Made by a program: the position numbers and the translations under genes. Under the pieces are notes generated by a model, which had not been told where the DNA came from, did no database searches, and saw only the letters and a program-made list of their open reading frames with translations. Below are positions 1-9,242 of a stretch of 64,000 nucleotides of DNA, one piece after another. The stretch is from Chlamydiia bacterium. Its GTDB lineage: Bacteria > Chlamydiota > Chlamydiia > Chlamydiales > Simkaniaceae. The stretch covers positions 445,696-509,695 of the forward strand of contig JAJACH010000002.1 in assembly GCA_022601645.1 (NCBI GenBank). Reading direction: 5' to 3'. The first letter of the stretch is position 1. The number at the start of each line of letters is the position of its first letter.

Positions 1-380
1 TTTACGACACAGGTCTTGTAAGCTATCTTACTGGAATTTCTACATTTAAACAGTATGATGGAGGACCTTTAGCTGGTCCACTATTCGAAAACTATGTAGT
101 TAGCGAGTCGTTAAAACGTGAACGGCACACTGCAACTGATGCTCAACTGTACTATTTACGTACAACAGGTAAACAAGAAATTGACCTCATAATAGATAGG
201 AAAACGCATCGTGAGTTTATAGAGATCAAAAAATCGGCAACCTTTAAATCTGCGATGACAAATACCCTTTCTCGGCTTGTTCCTGAAGGGGACAAGGCGA
301 TACTGGTCTACCAGGGGGCTTCAGAGTCGTATAAAGAGGTTGATCTTAGGAATGTCAATGACTATCTACTTAATAATTAA
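1..380 (+). CDS. 3' fragment of a DUF4143-type (AAA+ ATPase-associated) protein; the 5' end lies outside the window
   Basis: The frame is open from the window edge (codon phase of nt 3) to TAA at 378-380. The translation contains GPLFENYVVSE and LYYLRTTGKQEIDLII, which are typical of DUF4143 C-terminal domains. Confidence 0.55.
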   Translation, partial: YDTGLVSYLTGISTFKQYDGGPLAGPLFENYVVSESLKRERHTATDAQLYYLRTTGKQEIDLIIDRKTHREFIEIKKSATFKSAMTNTLSRLVPEGDKAILVYQGASESYKEVDLRNVNDYLLNN

Positions 381-449
381 TAATATAGGTAGAATATAGT
401 ACATATTAACATTGAATGTTAATACGTACGGTTTTTTTTGCATCTGACT

Positions 450-743
450 CTAAATAAGAAGGATGTAGGTCAAAGTACCCGCAAAGATACTTACAAAGGT
501 TTGCTTGATGGTTAAATGGGCCAGTGTAGTTGCGGCAATGCCAACCATCGCGGGGAAAAATTCGGCAGAGGCGATGTTGTGGGAGAGGAGCAACGTCATA
601 ATGGCAAGGGGGAGACCGGCAGCAAGGGTGTTTGCAAGGGGGCTTTCTTTAAGCCGCTTTGAGAAGAAAAACGGGAGCGCACGCGTTAGGTAGATCATGG
701 CGGTGAGAGAAAAGGTGATAAGAAGAAATATGGTTATGTCCAT
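450..743 (-). CDS. azlD: Branched-chain amino acid transport protein AzlD
   Basis: 97-aa protein with 3-4 hydrophobic helices. Its start overlaps the stop of the upstream azlC-like gene, the usual azlCD arrangement. Confidence 0.7.
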   Translation of the reverse strand: MDITIFLLITFSLTAMIYLTRALPFFFSKRLKESPLANTLAAGLPLAIMTLLLSHNIASAEFFPAMVGIAATTLAHLTIKQTFVSIFAGTLTYILLI

Positions 744-1393
744 GCGATTTTCCTCCGGCTAAGGTAAAAGCATGAGGCGATAAGCCCCACTAAAAAGGCG
801 TAGGTTGGCGTGACAAGGTAGGCAAGAGAGAAGGTGATCAAGGCTGTGAGGACAAGGAAGTAGTCTTTGGATTTTTTCCACTGCTCGATGAAAAAGACGG
901 TGAAAAGTGCGGTGAGGCTAAATTCAAGTCCGGGGATGAGGAGTTTTGGATTAGAAAAGTAAGCGCCAATAAAGGTGCCGATCACCCAGGATGAGTGAAT
1001 AAGCGCTGTAAGCCACATGAGGTAGCGGGTGTCGTGGGGTTGTTCGGGTTTGCTTGAGATCACTGAGTAGGTGGCATCGACAAGACCGAAGATGAGGTAG
1101 TGTTTTTTCATCGGGGAGACATTGTAGCGATCTAAGACAGAAAGTCCGTAGAAGCTGTTTCGAAGCGCAATGAAAAAAGCGGTAATCATGAAGGCAATAA
1201 GGGAGGCCTTGGCGGCAATGGTGGCAAGGAGAACAAACTGGATGGTGCCAGCAAGCACAATAAAGCTCATGAATGGGGCCATGAACCAAGGTAAAGCTAA
1301 ATTTTGAAAAAGAAGCCCAAAAACGATTCCAAGCGGGAGGTATGAGCAAAAAGCAGGGATTGAATCAAAAAAAGCTTCTCTAAATGTGCGCAT
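734..1393 (-). CDS. azlC: AzlC-family branched-chain amino acid permease subunit
   Basis: 219-aa polytopic membrane protein with AzlC-like size and sequence character, translationally coupled to azlD. Confidence 0.75.
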   Translation of the reverse strand: MRTFREAFFDSIPAFCSYLPLGIVFGLLFQNLALPWFMAPFMSFIVLAGTIQFVLLATIAAKASLIAFMITAFFIALRNSFYGLSVLDRYNVSPMKKHYLIFGLVDATYSVISSKPEQPHDTRYLMWLTALIHSSWVIGTFIGAYFSNPKLLIPGLEFSLTALFTVFFIEQWKKSKDYFLVLTALITFSLAYLVTPTYAFLVGLIASCFYLSRRKIAWT

Positions 1394-1436
1394 AAATAGC
1401 TCCTAACTTAGGAGCTATTATAGGCGCAATATTAAG

Positions 1437-2702
1437 TTATTGTGAAGGCTTTTCTTGTAGTCCTCGGTGGAGGGCAACGACGGCTCTAAAGCTTGCTGCC
1501 ATACAGATGATGAAGATCCCAAAGTAGATCCAGGCGTGGTGGAGGATGTTTGCATCGTGGTAAGTGAGAAGGATTTGGGGGATGTAGTAACCTACATCGG
1601 TGGCGAGGGTGAAGATGAGGATGTCTAGGACAAGTTTGGCGGTAAAGCGTTTTTCATGCGGCACGCCAAAGTAGGCGAGCTCTTTGCCTAGGAGCATAAA
1701 GAGGGGAATGATGGGTAAAAAGAGAGCGAAGGCGCTATGACTAAAGGCGAAGTTAGCCTCTGTTAAGGGGTGAAAGGCCGGTGTGTTAAAAGAAAGGACA
1801 CCGCAAGCTGTTAAGGCAAGGACGATTAGAGCGCCGATCCAGCCATAGGCTTTTCTGCCAACAAAATAGAGAACAATTCCAAGAATGATCCCAAGAATAA
1901 TAAAGTAAATTTCGTAGAGGCCTTTAATCGGGGCGTATTTCAAAACAGCATTTGTGTAGGCGGTGGCTGTTGTGTGTAGTGCTTTCATTTCAGCGCGCAT
2001 GAGAAGAGTAATGAGGTGTTTAGCGATCGGGATAAAGAAGACAATCGCCGCAAAGCCTGCGTAGTATTTGCGAAGAACTTCGTTTCCTGGATCAATGGCG
2101 CCAAGATCGAATTTTTGCCAAGAGAGGTAGATGAGGAAAATAATGAGCGCTGCAAAAAAGAGGACTAGTGCTGAAAATTCAGGGGAGTTTGCTGGGAGGA
2201 GTTTGGGGCTTATGATCAACGCAGGAATCAAGAGGATCATAAGAAAGGGGTAGTGGAGAGCAGCTGTTTTAAACGAGTAGTTTTGGTTGGCAAAACCCCA
2301 GGTAAAGATCACGGGAAAAAAGGCAGCGATGTTTAAAAAGCAGAAGGTTGCGCCGAGAAAGAAGGGATGTTGAAATGCCTCATTGGAAAAACGTAGAAAA
2401 CCTGCAAGGGCAAGGAGGAGGATGAGGTTAATTGGAAAAAAGACCATGAAAGTGCGCTTGAGATGCCCTCCTTTAGATAGGAGAGCGAAAAAGATACCGA
2501 CAATGAAAGTTGTTATTAAAGCATATTGCTTCATGTAAGGAAGGGCTTTCACCTCACCGTGACTTAAGAGCAATGCTGTTTGAAAATTCTTAGTCATAAT
2601 AAAGGTAAGAAAGCTCAAAAAGAGCATGCATCCTATGCCGATAAAGAGTTTAAGTTGCTCAGCTTTTGTTTTCATCCTTGACTCCGTCGTACTTTTTTTC
2701 AA
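1437..2702 (-). CDS. Polytopic membrane transporter, possibly a divergent TLC/NTT-like nucleotide transporter
   Basis: 421-aa ORF with about 11-12 hydrophobic segments. The N-terminal stretch LSFLTFIMTKNFQTALLL..ALPYMKQ loosely resembles the FNYxILRDTKDxLVV..IPFLK start of ATP/ADP translocase-family proteins. The similarity is weak. Confidence 0.4.
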   Translation of the reverse strand: MKKSTTESRMKTKAEQLKLFIGIGCMLFLSFLTFIMTKNFQTALLLSHGEVKALPYMKQYALITTFIVGIFFALLSKGGHLKRTFMVFFPINLILLLALAGFLRFSNEAFQHPFFLGATFCFLNIAAFFPVIFTWGFANQNYSFKTAALHYPFLMILLIPALIISPKLLPANSPEFSALVLFFAALIIFLIYLSWQKFDLGAIDPGNEVLRKYYAGFAAIVFFIPIAKHLITLLMRAEMKALHTTATAYTNAVLKYAPIKGLYEIYFIILGIILGIVLYFVGRKAYGWIGALIVLALTACGVLSFNTPAFHPLTEANFAFSHSAFALFLPIIPLFMLLGKELAYFGVPHEKRFTAKLVLDILIFTLATDVGYYIPQILLTYHDANILHHAWIYFGIFIICMAASFRAVVALHRGLQEKPSQ

Positions 2703-2730
2703 TATAGGAGAAAAAGCGAAGGATGTAAAG

Positions 2731-3948
2731 ATGAGCGAGCATTATATTGAGAATCCAGAAGGTGGCGTGAAGCAAGAACTCGGTCCACCTGAGAAAAAAT
2801 GCCCCTCTGTAGCGCTTGCGATCTTTACGCTCGCTCTTTGTTCGTTTGCGATCGGCACAACAGAATTTGTGACGACAGGTTTATTGCCTGAGATTGCAAA
2901 GTTTTTTAGCGTTTCGATTCCAACAGCAGGGTATGTGACATCCGGCTATGCGATGGGGGTTGTCGTGGGAGCGCCTCTTCTTACAGCGGTTACCATCCAT
3001 TTAGTGCGTAAGTATGTTTTGATTGGCTTGATGACGCTGTTTATCATCGGTAGCGTTATTTCTGCCTTAGCAGGCTCTTTTGGGATGCTGATGGTAGGGC
3101 GGATCGTCTCGGCATTTTGTCATGGAGCTTTTTTTGGCATTAGCGCCGTTGTTGTTTCGGGAATGGTAAAACCTGAAAAGAAAGCAAGTGCGATTGCCCT
3201 GATGTTTACAGGGCTTACTATTGCAAATGTTGTGGGTGTTCCAATGGGGACGTATCTAGGACAGAGTTTTAGCTGGCGTTTTCCATTTTGGGTGATTGCA
3301 GCAATGGGAGTCATTGGTTTTATAGGGATTTTATTTCTCGTGCCCCGTCAAGAAGAGAAAGAGCCTCCAAGTTTAATGCGAGAGCTATCTGTTTTCAAAC
3401 TACCGCGTGTTTGGATGGCACTTGCCATTACAGCTTTTGGATTTAGTGGTCTTCTCGCTGCATTTGGGTATATTTCGCCGATGATGGTCGATGTCGCAGG
3501 CTTTGCTAAAGGAAGCGTTGTGTGGCTACTTTCCCTATTTGGCATCGGGCTTGTTATAGGAAACCTTCTTGGGGGGAAACTTGCTGACTGGAATTTAAGA
3601 AAAGCCATTTACATTACTCTTGGTTTGCTCGCATGTTTGCTCCTTCTCTTTACTATCACTTCTCATGCTAAAATTCCGGCGGTAATCACACTCTTTTTCC
3701 TTGGCGTTGTGGGATTTGGAACGATTCCAGGGTTGCAAATGCAAATCATGCAAAAGGCCAAAGCCGCGCCAACACTTGCATCAGCAGCCAACATCGCCGC
3801 ATTTAACTTTGGGGTAACGATGGCTGTATTTTTCGGAGGCCTAGCCATCCGTGCTGGATGGGGTTATTCTTCAGTGAATATCGTCGGTGCAATCCTAACC
3901 CTAATAGGGCTTAGTTTGTCTATTGCCTGCAATTTGAAAAAAAGCTAA
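2731..3948 (+). CDS. MFS transporter (DHA1 / YdhP-NepI-like efflux type)
   Basis: 12-TM profile with FAIGTTEFVTTGLLPEIA and GYAMGVVVGAPLL motifs typical of this MFS subgroup. The start was chosen at the ATG at 2731 (MSEHY...), because the upstream part of ORF 2626.. overlaps the divergent gene. Confidence 0.8.
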   Translation: MSEHYIENPEGGVKQELGPPEKKCPSVALAIFTLALCSFAIGTTEFVTTGLLPEIAKFFSVSIPTAGYVTSGYAMGVVVGAPLLTAVTIHLVRKYVLIGLMTLFIIGSVISALAGSFGMLMVGRIVSAFCHGAFFGISAVVVSGMVKPEKKASAIALMFTGLTIANVVGVPMGTYLGQSFSWRFPFWVIAAMGVIGFIGILFLVPRQEEKEPPSLMRELSVFKLPRVWMALAITAFGFSGLLAAFGYISPMMVDVAGFAKGSVVWLLSLFGIGLVIGNLLGGKLADWNLRKAIYITLGLLACLLLLFTITSHAKIPAVITLFFLGVVGFGTIPGLQMQIMQKAKAAPTLASAANIAAFNFGVTMAVFFGGLAIRAGWGYSSVNIVGAILTLIGLSLSIACNLKKS

Positions 3949-3959
3949 GTTCCAAAATT

Positions 3960-5480
3960 ATGAGCGATTTAATCATTCGCACCGCGATCGATATCTTCTG
4001 TCCTATCCAGCAAAATAAGAAATGGGGATTTTTTCGTGCCCTTTTAGGGTATGCCAAAAAGGTCCTTTACCTGCCTATTTTGATCGTTGTGATCCCTCAC
4101 CTATTTATCAAGTGGGCAAGAGAGCATTATAGAAAGCGGCATGCGAAAGGATTTTCTAAGGTTGTGAATAACCACGCTCTTTGGAGCGATATCGATGTGA
4201 AACAAACGCAGTTTCCCAAAGAAATGAAATTTGGCATCGCCTCAAGTCACTATCAATTCGGAGGTGCAAGCGTTCATCCAGAGTCTCACTGGAATAATCC
4301 CGAGCTATTCCCTTGCGATCAAGCCACAGAAACGCCGCGCTCTCTTGCAGAATTAACACAAGGCGGGCGTGATCTTTGGGAGAACCCCGAGCGCGTGATC
4401 AACACGCTTAGAAAAATAGGGGTTAACTCTTTTCGCGTTTCTCTTCCCGAAGAACTTTGGGATTCAGAAGAAGCCGTTTTAAAATATCGTGAACATCTTT
4501 GCCTCTTAAGAGAAGCTGGTATTAAACCCCTAGTGACCTTGCACCATTTCTCCCATCCGAAAGACTTTGACTTCTTGGAAAATCCTGACCGCTTCCTTGA
4601 TTTTGCCGATCGGATGCATGCCGCATTTAGCGATCTTGTCACCGAGTGGTGTACCATAAACGAGCCAGCCGTCTTTGCCGTATCCGCCTACTTTCGCGGC
4701 GTCTTTCCCCCATGCAAAGTCAACTTCAAAAAAATGGCTAAAATCATGCTCGCTATGATCAAATGCCATAACGAAATTTATAAACGCTTCAAGGCGCGCG
4801 ACCCTCAGTGCACAGTAGGGTTCTCGCACGATGAAATCCATTTTCGCCCTTACCACTGGTGGAATCCTGCAGAGCAAGTTCTCTGCTACTTTCTAACCCA
4901 CGTCTTTTCTGAAGCCTACCTCGGTTTTTATAAATCGGGCAAATTCTGGGTCAAACTGCCCTTTCTCCTCAATTACGCTTTCGAAGATCCCGACTTCGCA
5001 AAAAACAACGGCTACCTCGATGTGATCCAGCTGCAGTGCTATACGCGCCCGCTTCTCACCGTCTTCCCCGTGCCCGACTCGGTTGGCTATCCAGGCGAAG
5101 CGATGACCCACATGCGTTTTCGCGAAGACCCCGCAGCGCTTCACACCGCCATGCACCGCGTGTACGCCGCCACAAAAAAGCCGGTCAGCATCACAGAGTT
5201 TGGATGTACTACCCACGACGAAGAGCAACGTAAGCGGTTTATTGAACGGGCGCTCTACGCCATTTCAAAAGCGCATGAAGATGGCATACCTCTCCACTCC
5301 ATCCACGGCTGGAGCTTCTACGGTGATCGAGGGGAACACGGCGCATACCATGAGTGGAATGAAGATCCCGAACGGCAAGACTTTGGTCTTTGCAGCTACA
5401 CGTCAAAAGGAGACCATTATCCCCTCCGCCCAGCTGCAGAGTGCTTTAGGGATGCAATTTTTCGCTCAAGAAGTGATTGA
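3960..5480 (+). CDS. Glycoside hydrolase family 1 (beta-glucosidase-like) with an N-terminal membrane anchor
   Basis: TINEP (acid/base Glu) and SITEFG (nucleophile Glu, canonical I/VTENG) occur at GH1 spacing. An N-terminal hydrophobic helix (LYLPILIVVIPHLFI) precedes the catalytic domain. Confidence 0.75.
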   Translation: MSDLIIRTAIDIFCPIQQNKKWGFFRALLGYAKKVLYLPILIVVIPHLFIKWAREHYRKRHAKGFSKVVNNHALWSDIDVKQTQFPKEMKFGIASSHYQFGGASVHPESHWNNPELFPCDQATETPRSLAELTQGGRDLWENPERVINTLRKIGVNSFRVSLPEELWDSEEAVLKYREHLCLLREAGIKPLVTLHHFSHPKDFDFLENPDRFLDFADRMHAAFSDLVTEWCTINEPAVFAVSAYFRGVFPPCKVNFKKMAKIMLAMIKCHNEIYKRFKARDPQCTVGFSHDEIHFRPYHWWNPAEQVLCYFLTHVFSEAYLGFYKSGKFWVKLPFLLNYAFEDPDFAKNNGYLDVIQLQCYTRPLLTVFPVPDSVGYPGEAMTHMRFREDPAALHTAMHRVYAATKKPVSITEFGCTTHDEEQRKRFIERALYAISKAHEDGIPLHSIHGWSFYGDRGEHGAYHEWNEDPERQDFGLCSYTSKGDHYPLRPAAECFRDAIFRSRSD

Positions 5481-6324
5481 TGAAGTAGTCGTCATCCATG
5501 ATTGCCTGGAGGGTATCAACAGGAATCAGCTGACCTTGATCAATAAGCTCTTTTGAAGATGCTCCAAAAGGCATGACGATGCTTCTTTCCATCTCACCAT
5601 TTGGAACAATGTTGTCGTCAAAAAATAGGGATGTGCACTCGTCTGAATTGATCGCAATAAACGGTTTGCCGAAACTTGCATGTTCATCATGGCTGTGCCA
5701 GTAAGGGAAATCGTCTTGGATCATGAAATAACGACTTGAAGTGAAAATTTGATGCCATTCACTCGGCTCATGGTAAATTTCACCGCCAAAGTGAAGTGCA
5801 CCTTCGATGAACTTGCCGTATTGAACGGGTGTTTCAAACTCAAGGCCTAGTTTCTCAAAATCTTTCCCAAAGGTTCGAAAGACAAGGTGGACATCTTTAT
5901 CTTTGAGGTAGTCCATAAACTTTAGAAAAGAGGGGAAGGGAGCGTCTTGAATCGTCTCCATTTTCTCCATGACTTGATCAAACGTTGTTTGCAACGCTTC
6001 ATAGCAAGGCAGATCTCGAATGTCTTCTAAGAAATGGTGGATTTTAGAGCGCCGCTTTTTTCTCAGCACTTGGTCCGATTGCTCTCCTGGCAGTAAATAA
6101 TCGTAGACGTAGTCGTAGTAGCTAATCGGCGTTTGCACGCGCTCATCCCAGCAAAGATAGGTCGTTTTCGCTAAGCTTAAAGCAATGAGATCTTCGTAGT
6201 TATAATTTTGGTGTGAATCAAGTGCGATAATCGTGCGGTTAATATCGACGTTGATCACAAACTCTTTTGCAAATAGAAGCGTTGTTGCGCTGCACAGGAG
6301 AAGAAATTTCAGCATAGGAAGCAA
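5446..6324 (-). CDS. Secreted hypothetical protein (weak HAD-like motifs)
   Basis: 292-aa ORF with a signal-peptide-like N-terminus (MLPMLKFLLLCSATTLLFA). INVDINRT (DxNxT) and FFDDN are faintly HAD-like. The 3' end overlaps the GH1 3' end convergently by 35 nt. Confidence 0.5.
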   Translation of the reverse strand: MLPMLKFLLLCSATTLLFAKEFVINVDINRTIIALDSHQNYNYEDLIALSLAKTTYLCWDERVQTPISYYDYVYDYLLPGEQSDQVLRKKRRSKIHHFLEDIRDLPCYEALQTTFDQVMEKMETIQDAPFPSFLKFMDYLKDKDVHLVFRTFGKDFEKLGLEFETPVQYGKFIEGALHFGGEIYHEPSEWHQIFTSSRYFMIQDDFPYWHSHDEHASFGKPFIAINSDECTSLFFDDNIVPNGEMERSIVMPFGASSKELIDQGQLIPVDTLQAIMDDDYFINHFLSEKLHP

Positions 6325-6469
6325 TTTTGCACGCTTTAGTGTTTGTTGTCAATCGACCTGAAAAGGGGGTCTCAGCCTGTTTTTAGCTGAAGGTAAATTA
6401 TTTCTTGTTGGAAAAATGGGGATGGCCTATGTTCCCCTCCTTTATATGAAATTTATTTGAAGGGAGTTT

Positions 6470-7258
6470 ATGAGGGCTTTATTGATCGGAATGGGTTTAC
6501 TTGCAATGTCAACGGTGAATGCGGCTTTTGAAAGGCACCCGCCTGAGGCAATCATCATCAACACTTTGCCAAAATCGGGAAGTATTTATTATTGGATGTC
6601 TCTTGGTACTTTTTTTAAAGGAACGGGAAGTCTTTGTGTTCATAAAGATCCAGATCACGGACCGCCTTATCCTATTGCAGCTATTGCGATTAATGAAACC
6701 AATTTCCGTACGGTAGTAGACAAAAAATTCTTAACGCAAAATCACCTAACAGCCACACCTGAAAATATCGCAATGCTTAAAAAGTATGGCGTTAAAAAGA
6801 TGTTGCTTCATGTGCGAGACCCGAGACAAGCTGTTCTATCCTGGTTGCATCACTTAAAGAAAAACACCATTTATAATAAGTGGTTTGATTTGCCTGATGA
6901 TTATATTGAAATGGAGTTTGAAGATCAGGTGGATTGGAACATTGAAAATTTCTTTAAGCCTGCCGTTCAATTTATTGAAGACTGGTTGGATTTTATGGAA
7001 ACCGATGATGAGCTTAAGATCCATTTAACAACCTTTGAGGTCATGATTCAAGATCCTGTATCCTTCATACAAGAAGCATTAGCTTTTTACGATGTTGATG
7101 GGAGTGAATTTACAACCCCGCTTAAGCCATCTTCTGGGATGCATTTTAGGAAAGGATTAGTTGATGAGTGGCGTGAGGTGATGACCGATGAACAAAAGGA
7201 ATTAGTCAATTCACTGATGCCAGAGCGCTTTTTCGAAATTTTTGGTTGGGAACGTTAA
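6470..7258 (+). CDS. PAPS-dependent sulfotransferase-domain protein with a signal peptide
   Basis: TLPKSGSIY resembles the 5'-PSB loop (PKSGTT-like) and HVRDPRQAVLS resembles the 3'-PB motif (RDPRD-like). The N-terminus MRALLIGMGLLAMSTVNA looks like a Sec signal. Confidence 0.65.
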   Translation: MRALLIGMGLLAMSTVNAAFERHPPEAIIINTLPKSGSIYYWMSLGTFFKGTGSLCVHKDPDHGPPYPIAAIAINETNFRTVVDKKFLTQNHLTATPENIAMLKKYGVKKMLLHVRDPRQAVLSWLHHLKKNTIYNKWFDLPDDYIEMEFEDQVDWNIENFFKPAVQFIEDWLDFMETDDELKIHLTTFEVMIQDPVSFIQEALAFYDVDGSEFTTPLKPSSGMHFRKGLVDEWREVMTDEQKELVNSLMPERFFEIFGWER

Positions 7259-7274
7259 ATAAAAGGAACATTCG

Positions 7275-8981
7275 TTGAAAAAAAAGACTTCATTGCGCGT
7301 TTTATTCATTGTACTCTTCAACGTTTGCGGGGTACTTTTTGCAGATGTTTCAGTTGATGCGTCATCCCTTGTCTTGTCAAAGCGACAAACCAATGACTTA
7401 GAGCTTATTCTTTGCGGGGCATTTGCACCCTTAGAGGGCTTTTTAGGTAAAGCAGACTACGATGAAGTGGTGCAAAACTGTCGACTTTCAAGCGGCGATG
7501 TTTGGCCAATGCCGATTATGCTTGATGTGGAAGAAGCATTTGCAAAAGACTTGACTCTTGGTGAGGAAATCGTGCTGCGAGATATCACGGGCACGATTTT
7601 GGCAACTTTAGAGGTGTCTGATGTGTGGCAGCCAGATAAAATGCTAGAAGCTAAGCAAGTTTATGCAACTGAAAGCACAGACCACCCGGGCGTTGCTTAC
7701 TTGATGGAACAGACAAAACCCTTTTATGTTGGTGGAAAGCTTAAAGAGGTGAGCGCGCCATCCCATGCAAATTTCACGGATCTTCGAAAGACTCCAGCAG
7801 AAATGAAGGCGTATTTTGAAGAGAATGGGATTAGTAAAGTGGTGGCCTTTCAAACAAGAAACCCGATGCACAGGGCACATGTTGAGATTACAACGCGTGC
7901 CGCGAGTCAACTTGGAGCCCATCTTTTAATTAATCCTATTGTAGGGCAAACAAAACCCGGTGATATCGATCCGTATACGCGTGTTCGATGCTATCGAGAA
8001 GTATTAAAGCATTATGGTAATGGAGCCACCTTGAGTGTATTGCCCCTTTCTATGAGAATGGCAGGCCCAAGAGAAGCTCTTTGGCACGCTTTAATTCGTA
8101 AAAACTACGGGTGTACCCATTTTATTGTGGGACGAGATCATGCCGGGCCAGGATCTGATAAAGAAGGGAATCCCTTCTATGGTCCTTATGAAGCACAAGA
8201 TATGTTAGCGCGTTACTCTGATGAAATTGGGATTGAAATGGTTCCTTTTCAGATGGTTGTCTATGTGAAAAATGAGGATCGGTATATCCCAATGAATGAG
8301 GTGCAGCCTCACCATGAAATTGAAATGATTTCAGGGACTGAGCTCCGTCGTCGTTTAAGTTCCGGGGAGACGATCCCTGAATGGTTTTCTTATCCAAGTA
8401 TCATTGAAGAGCTTAGAAGGTCTTATCCACCCCCACATAAGAAAGGCCTGACAATTTTTTTTACAGGCTTATCGTGTTCTGGAAAGTCCACGCTTGGCAA
8501 TGCTTTAGAAGCCCGCTTGCATGAGACAGATCAACGCTCGATTACTCTTCTTGATGGGGATATTGTCCGCACAAATCTTTCAAAGGGCTTGGGATTTACA
8601 AAAGAAGACCGCTCAACAAATGTGAGGCGAGTTGGGTTTGTAGCGTCCGAGATTGGGCGAGCTGGGGGGATTACTATCTGTTGTTTGATCGCTCCCTACG
8701 AAAGAGATCGTACTTTTAATCAAAGCTGTATTCAAAAGGCAGGAGGCAATTATGTTGAGATTCATGTTGCTACACCTTTAGAGGTTTGTGAGGCGCGTGA
8801 TACAAAAGGGCTTTATGCGAAAGCACGCCTTGGCCTGATTAAAGGGTTTACAGGGATTGATGACCCGTATGAAATTCCAAGTCATCCAGCATTAACAGTG
8901 ACAACCTTTGGTGCAAGCGTTGATTGCAAAATTAACGAGATCATGGACTATCTTGCAAGGGAAGGATATATTCAGCTTTAA
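7275..8981 (+). CDS. Bifunctional ATP sulfurylase / APS kinase (PAPS synthase)
   Basis: QTRNPMHRAH and GRDHAGPG (sulfate adenylyltransferase) are followed by a GLSCSGKST P-loop and an APS kinase C-domain. The only in-frame starts are TTG (7275 or 7293), which gives a signal-peptide-like N-terminal 30 aa. Confidence 0.9.
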   Translation: MKKKTSLRVLFIVLFNVCGVLFADVSVDASSLVLSKRQTNDLELILCGAFAPLEGFLGKADYDEVVQNCRLSSGDVWPMPIMLDVEEAFAKDLTLGEEIVLRDITGTILATLEVSDVWQPDKMLEAKQVYATESTDHPGVAYLMEQTKPFYVGGKLKEVSAPSHANFTDLRKTPAEMKAYFEENGISKVVAFQTRNPMHRAHVEITTRAASQLGAHLLINPIVGQTKPGDIDPYTRVRCYREVLKHYGNGATLSVLPLSMRMAGPREALWHALIRKNYGCTHFIVGRDHAGPGSDKEGNPFYGPYEAQDMLARYSDEIGIEMVPFQMVVYVKNEDRYIPMNEVQPHHEIEMISGTELRRRLSSGETIPEWFSYPSIIEELRRSYPPPHKKGLTIFFTGLSCSGKSTLGNALEARLHETDQRSITLLDGDIVRTNLSKGLGFTKEDRSTNVRRVGFVASEIGRAGGITICCLIAPYERDRTFNQSCIQKAGGNYVEIHVATPLEVCEARDTKGLYAKARLGLIKGFTGIDDPYEIPSHPALTVTTFGASVDCKINEIMDYLAREGYIQL

Positions 8982-9242
8982 GGGGAACAGGGCTTTTAAA
9001 TAAATCGTATACATGCTAACCTCTTTGGCCTCAACCAGACAAAGGAGGATAAAGTGTTACAAAATGTTGGTTCTGTCATTTCCCCAGCCTTAGCGTGCAC
9101 CGCAATCATGCATGCATCGCATAAGCCTATGTTTCAAAAGTATACAGGTTTCAGCGTGTCGTGGGGATTTGAGATGAGTGCAAGCTTGCAAGGTAGGGTG
9201 ACACTACCATCTCAGGCTCTATATTTCTTTCCCGTGACTCAA

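Noticed and set aside
405-439. Palindrome ATTAACATT-G-AATGTTAAT followed by a T8 run, considered as a bidirectional terminator between the DUF4143 fragment and azlD
   Set aside because: The stem is entirely A/T-rich with essentially no loop, and the T-run is separated from it by 8 nt. This is not a convincing intrinsic terminator. It may be an operator or a coincidence.
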